Source: Klebsormidium nitens (lineage: Eukaryota > Plantae > Klebsormidiophyceae). From it: a stretch of 64,000 bases of DNA. The DNA is taken from NCBI GenBank assembly GCA_000708835.1, contig DF237270.1:39004-103003 (forward strand). Reading direction: 5' to 3'. How positions within the stretch are numbered: position 1 is the stretch's first letter; each line of letters begins with the position of its first letter. Position numbers and translations under genes: made by a program. A model generated the notes under the pieces. That model worked only from the letters and a program-made list of their open reading frames with translations, did not search any database and was not told the origin of the DNA. This document shows, in pieces, positions 60,701 to 64,000 of the stretch.

Positions 60701-63006
60701 TATGACATGCTGGGCTTGACGGCCGCCACCAAGATGGGCAGTGCCACGGTGGAGTTCCACGCGCTCCCGCCCGACACGCCCACCGAGTACTGGCTGGACC
60801 TGCTGGACGAAGACGACGAGAAGAAGGTCGGGCAGTCCAAGAAGGACCTCGGCAGGATACACGTCAAGGTAAGGGGCGCCGTCTCTGAACCGTACATTGC
60901 GGTCTTGAGAAACTGGAGAAGTGTTCATCTCGCGGTTTGACCTCTGGCTGATCATTTTTGTTTGCTGAGGAACCGCCATCATTTGTCTTAGAGGACTTTC
61001 TTTGCGGCCTTCTAGATTGAGGTTTCCTTAGTGTGTTCTTGCTTGTTGTCCCATCGCTTTCCTCTTCTGTTCGTTCGTGTTCCTTGTTTTGCAGATTCAT
61101 GCCTCCCTTTACGTTCTCTTTCTTGTTCCCTGCTGGCGCCATCGAGGGCAGCTTTTGACCACCAGATCCGTAAAAGCAGATCCGCCTCTTCCTGACCAAG
61201 TCTGACCCGGCTGACGTCACTCCCGTGCAGCTGACGTGGCACGTGTACACCAAGGAGGAGCAGCAGGCCGCCATGGAAAAGATTGCGGCGGCCGCCGAGG
61301 CGCGCAAGCAGCAGGGCTCCGGCGGCGTCGTAGGGGGAGCCGTGGATATGGTCGGAGACGCCGCGGGGGCGGGGGCCAAAGTGAGTGGGCATGGCATCCA
61401 TATGTTGCCGTTACTAAATGAACTCTGGGTCCGCTCACGTTTTCAAGAGCTTCTGGTTTGAGTTTGTCAGTCGAACGCCCAGTAATCGTTTTCATGTACT
61501 TCGTTGATCGCTTTGAGATTCAGTGTCGGCATGGTCGGCGACGCCGCAGGGGCAGGGGCCAAATTAAGTGCGCTTGGCATCCACCCATGCCGTTAATTGA
61601 TTGACTCCTTGGTTTGTGGCCAAGTGCTTCTAGTTTGGGTTTGTCAGTTGAATGCCCAGTAATCGTTCTCTTCTGCTGTACTTCGTTGATCGACTTGATC
61701 AATTTAAGCATTGTCGGCGACGCTGCAGGGGCAGGGGCCAGACTGAGTGCGCTTGGCATCCACCCATGTCGTCGGATAAAAAGACCGTTGGTCCTCTGTT
61801 ACGTATTTTAAGTGCATCTGGTTTGGTTTTGGCAGTTGAGTGCCCGAACTCGTTCTCTTTTGCTGTTTTCATTGATTGCCTTGAAATTCAAACTAGGCAT
61901 GGTCGGCAATGCTGCGGGGGCGGGGGCAATAGTAAGTGCGCTCGGCGTCCCCCATTTGACAAGTCCGTGGTCCGTGTCTTTCGCTTGTATGCGTTTCCAG
62001 TTTGGTCCAGTTGTTTTTGTTGTTCTTGCTGTACTTTGTTGGCCTCGAGAGCCAATCTAGGCATGGTGGACGGCGGCGCAGGGCCGCAGGCAAAGTGAGT
62101 ACGCCCGCCATTATTCCTCCCTTCCTGATCAGATTGAGAAATTTAGGAGTGACACTAAGGAGGCGGAGCCAAGCGAGTAGCGCTCGGCAACTCGGTCAAG
62201 GGTATTCGTAGTGATAAGGTGAAGTCACAGCCATCTTGAGATGCTCTCCGTCAAATGCGGGACACCACTTTGAGGCGCCAGCTCATCAGCAGGCCGCCTC
62301 GAAAGCAGATCTTTTCTATTTGGAACGTCAACCTCCATATCTCCTCACCGAGCTTCACCAACGAAGCTTTTCCGGTGATATCTGGCCGGGTACCATTTGC
62401 TAATTTTAAACTGACCGCTTTTGTGCGGTCAGCTCATTGACAATGGCGCAGGTTGGGCGAAAACTCAGGAAAACCTTGACCTTGTCTCAAAGTTTTACAA
62501 CCGTGAGGTCAATCCCGCTCAAAGGAAAAGCTTCTCCGAAGACCTGTACCTGAACCCACTTTCTAGTGAATCGCGTCTGTTTGGCAGCTCATTGACAGTG
62601 ACGCCAAGCCGGCAGGCGGCCCCGCCTGCTCTTTCAGACGTTTCCCAGACCGCCTTGTGACGGAGTTGATTTTCTCGAACTTCTGCCTTGACCCATCTCA
62701 CAGTCCAACGGCGTTTCTCTTCCGACCCATTTACTAACCTAACCGCGTTTCTCCTCCGACCCATTTACTAACCTAACCACGTTTCTCTTCCAGCTCATCG
62801 GCAGCGGCGCCAAGCTGGCGGGCAGCATGGGCAAGAGCGTTCTTTCCGGCGTTGGCTCCGGCCTCGGTGGTTCCGGGCGGTTCCGCTTCCGGAAGAGCAT
62901 GGAAGGATCCCCTAAGGAGGAGCGGAAAGTGAACGGCGATGCAGCGCTGGGGCTGACGCCGCGTTCTTCACCGGGGTCGTCGCTTCGTCGGCAGTCGGCC
63001 GCTTAG
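54726..63006 (+). CDS. CLB1: Synaptotagmin-like ER-plasma membrane tether, CLB1/SYT7 type (TM, SMP, single C2, coiled coil, Gly-rich tail)
   Basis: 12 phase-compatible exons: 54726-54830, 55323-55427, 56249-56420, 56847-56906, 57440-57606, 57976-58050, 58444-58490, 59066-59261, 59613-59675, 60692-60868, 61231-61380, 62794-63006. Motifs: PSWINFPEFERVVWLNKELKELWPY, KLTLGTTAPQI, LPVQVKDLQVF, DLELRPVGKLTV, KEEQQAAME. Confidence 0.92.
57575..57830. repeat. Echo of the CLB1 exon 5 end plus donor (~165 bp)
   Basis: ggagccatgctcgtctcgctctcgcagcgg|gtgag is echoed as ggagccacgcttgtctcgctctctgaacaa|gtgag near 57740-57770. Confidence 0.8.
58625..59120. repeat. Three copies (~170 bp) of the CLB1 exon 8 acceptor region
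   Basis: cag|gatcgtggtgcccatt at 59065 (real) and 58889; a decayed copy near 58725; caggcttcaccg...ttggtta repeated at ~58641 and ~58797. Confidence 0.8.
60290..60740. repeat. Four copies (~127 bp) of the CLB1 exon 10 acceptor region
   Basis: AG acceptors at 60311, 60438, 60567 and 60691 (real), each followed by a variant of gtggtggactatgacatgctgggc. Confidence 0.9.
61340..62110. repeat. Five copies (~180 bp) of the CLB1 exon 11 end plus donor
   Basis: Variants of atggtcggcgacgccgcgggggcgggggccaaa followed by GTGAGT (61381, real), TTAAGT (61564), CTGAGT (61743), GTAAGT (61932), GTGAGT (62095). Confidence 0.95.
62700..62793. repeat. 36-bp tandem repeat duplicating the branch point and pyrimidine tract of the last CLB1 intron
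   Basis: cgtttctc(t/c)tccgacccatttactaacctaacc x2 plus a partial copy ending in the real cag at 62793. Confidence 0.9.
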
Positions 63007-64000
63007 TTCGGCTGACCGTGTTGGAAAGTTGTGTTGAAGTTCATAGTCTTTGATGAAAAAAGAAGTCATGTCTTCAAGAAGCGGTCATGGGGCTTTCGAT
63101 TGCCGCAACTTTCGAGCGTCCACCATCTGAAGCGGCTTCGACTGGAACTCCGAACGTCAAAAGGGTGGAAAGGGGTTTGAACACGGGTTGCTGAACCTCC
63201 GGTTCGTAACTTGAAATCGATTATGCAAGGTAGCGGGCATGTGGACGGACAAGTGCGTCCTTGAAAGTGGAGGCCGCCGCACAAGGGAGACGTTGAAGCG
63301 CATCCTCCCACGCACCGTCAGTCGGTCAAATTGAAGTCCTAAGTCCTGGTTGTATATGACGTCGTTTGTGTCCGTCTAAGCTTTATTCTTTCGCCTTGTT
63401 GAGAATCTGTGGAACCTAATAACATTGTTTCTGTCTGGCGTCTGTAGACGAATCCTAAGGAGGAAGGTACCTTTTAAGCGTTGCAGTTATAGCTCTGACA
63501 AGTTGAAGCAGATTAGAGTACAACCACAGCTGACAGAGTCTTAGGTAACATTCTTTCGTTCACCCCGACTAACGAGATGAGAACAGTAATTTCTTTCATG
63601 ATGTAATAGACTCTTGGTCTTTTTGCCTCACACCGTTCGATGATGTTAGATCCCCACTAAAGGGTCGAGTTAAAATACTCGATGGAGTGACTCTGACGGT
63701 GGCAGCAAGTGATGCAAGCTCTTACACTGCATTGTGCAATATGTCGACGGTAGTGACAGACGGCTACTGAGCGTCAATCATTTCACACGCGTTGAATCGT
63801 GAGACAAGGCGCACCGGCTTGCACCGATTAAGGCCGGTCGACGATGCAATATACAAACGTACAATCTAGCTAGTTTGCTAAAGCCGCCGGCGCCGACCGG
63901 CCCCTACTTTAATTAAGATCATGGCCTTCAACATGGCCCGCATGTGGGCAGATCCTCGATCATGTGCTCGCCTAGCTTGCATTCAGCTGTACCCGGTGTC

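Noticed and set aside
61896-62094. CLB1 intronic repeats as real cassette micro-exons
   Set aside because: AG-to-GT lengths are 35 and 34 nt; singly they shift frame and together they create an in-frame TAG.
63007-64000. A further gene at the right edge
   Set aside because: Only UTR/intergenic-like sequence and one short featureless antisense ORF; nothing supportable.

Overview
Eukaryotic, intron-rich nuclear DNA from the green lineage. GC3-rich exons, GTGAG/GTGCG donors, a TTTTAGGG tract and land-plant-like genes suggest an early-diverging streptophyte alga, probably Klebsormidium-like (inference). By manually checking splice phases I assembled eight protein-coding genes on strictly alternating strands: (-) type II H+-pyrophosphatase (AVP2-like, runs off the left edge); (+) FPA (RRM + SPOC); (-) an uncharacterised transit-peptide-like + SAM + ubiquitin-like + PD-(D/E)XK nuclease gene; (+) a very large (~1860 aa) choline-transporter-like protein with disordered and repetitive arms; (-)/(+) a head-to-head pair of H-type lectin paralogues; (-) CBP/p300-type acetyltransferase HAC1; (+) CLB1/SYT7-type synaptotagmin. 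Two TA-flanked MITE-like elements are present. Most notable: (1) the SAM-Ubl-nuclease gene, invisible as one ORF; (2) a pervasive pattern in which introns carry decaying tandem copies of the neighbouring exon-intron junction (about 15 clusters), many keeping intact GT or AG decoy sites; (3) H-type lectins in a green alga; (4) the giant CTL gene. Three single-base frameshifts in C/G homopolymers are probably assembly errors. All family calls come from motif recognition, not database searches.
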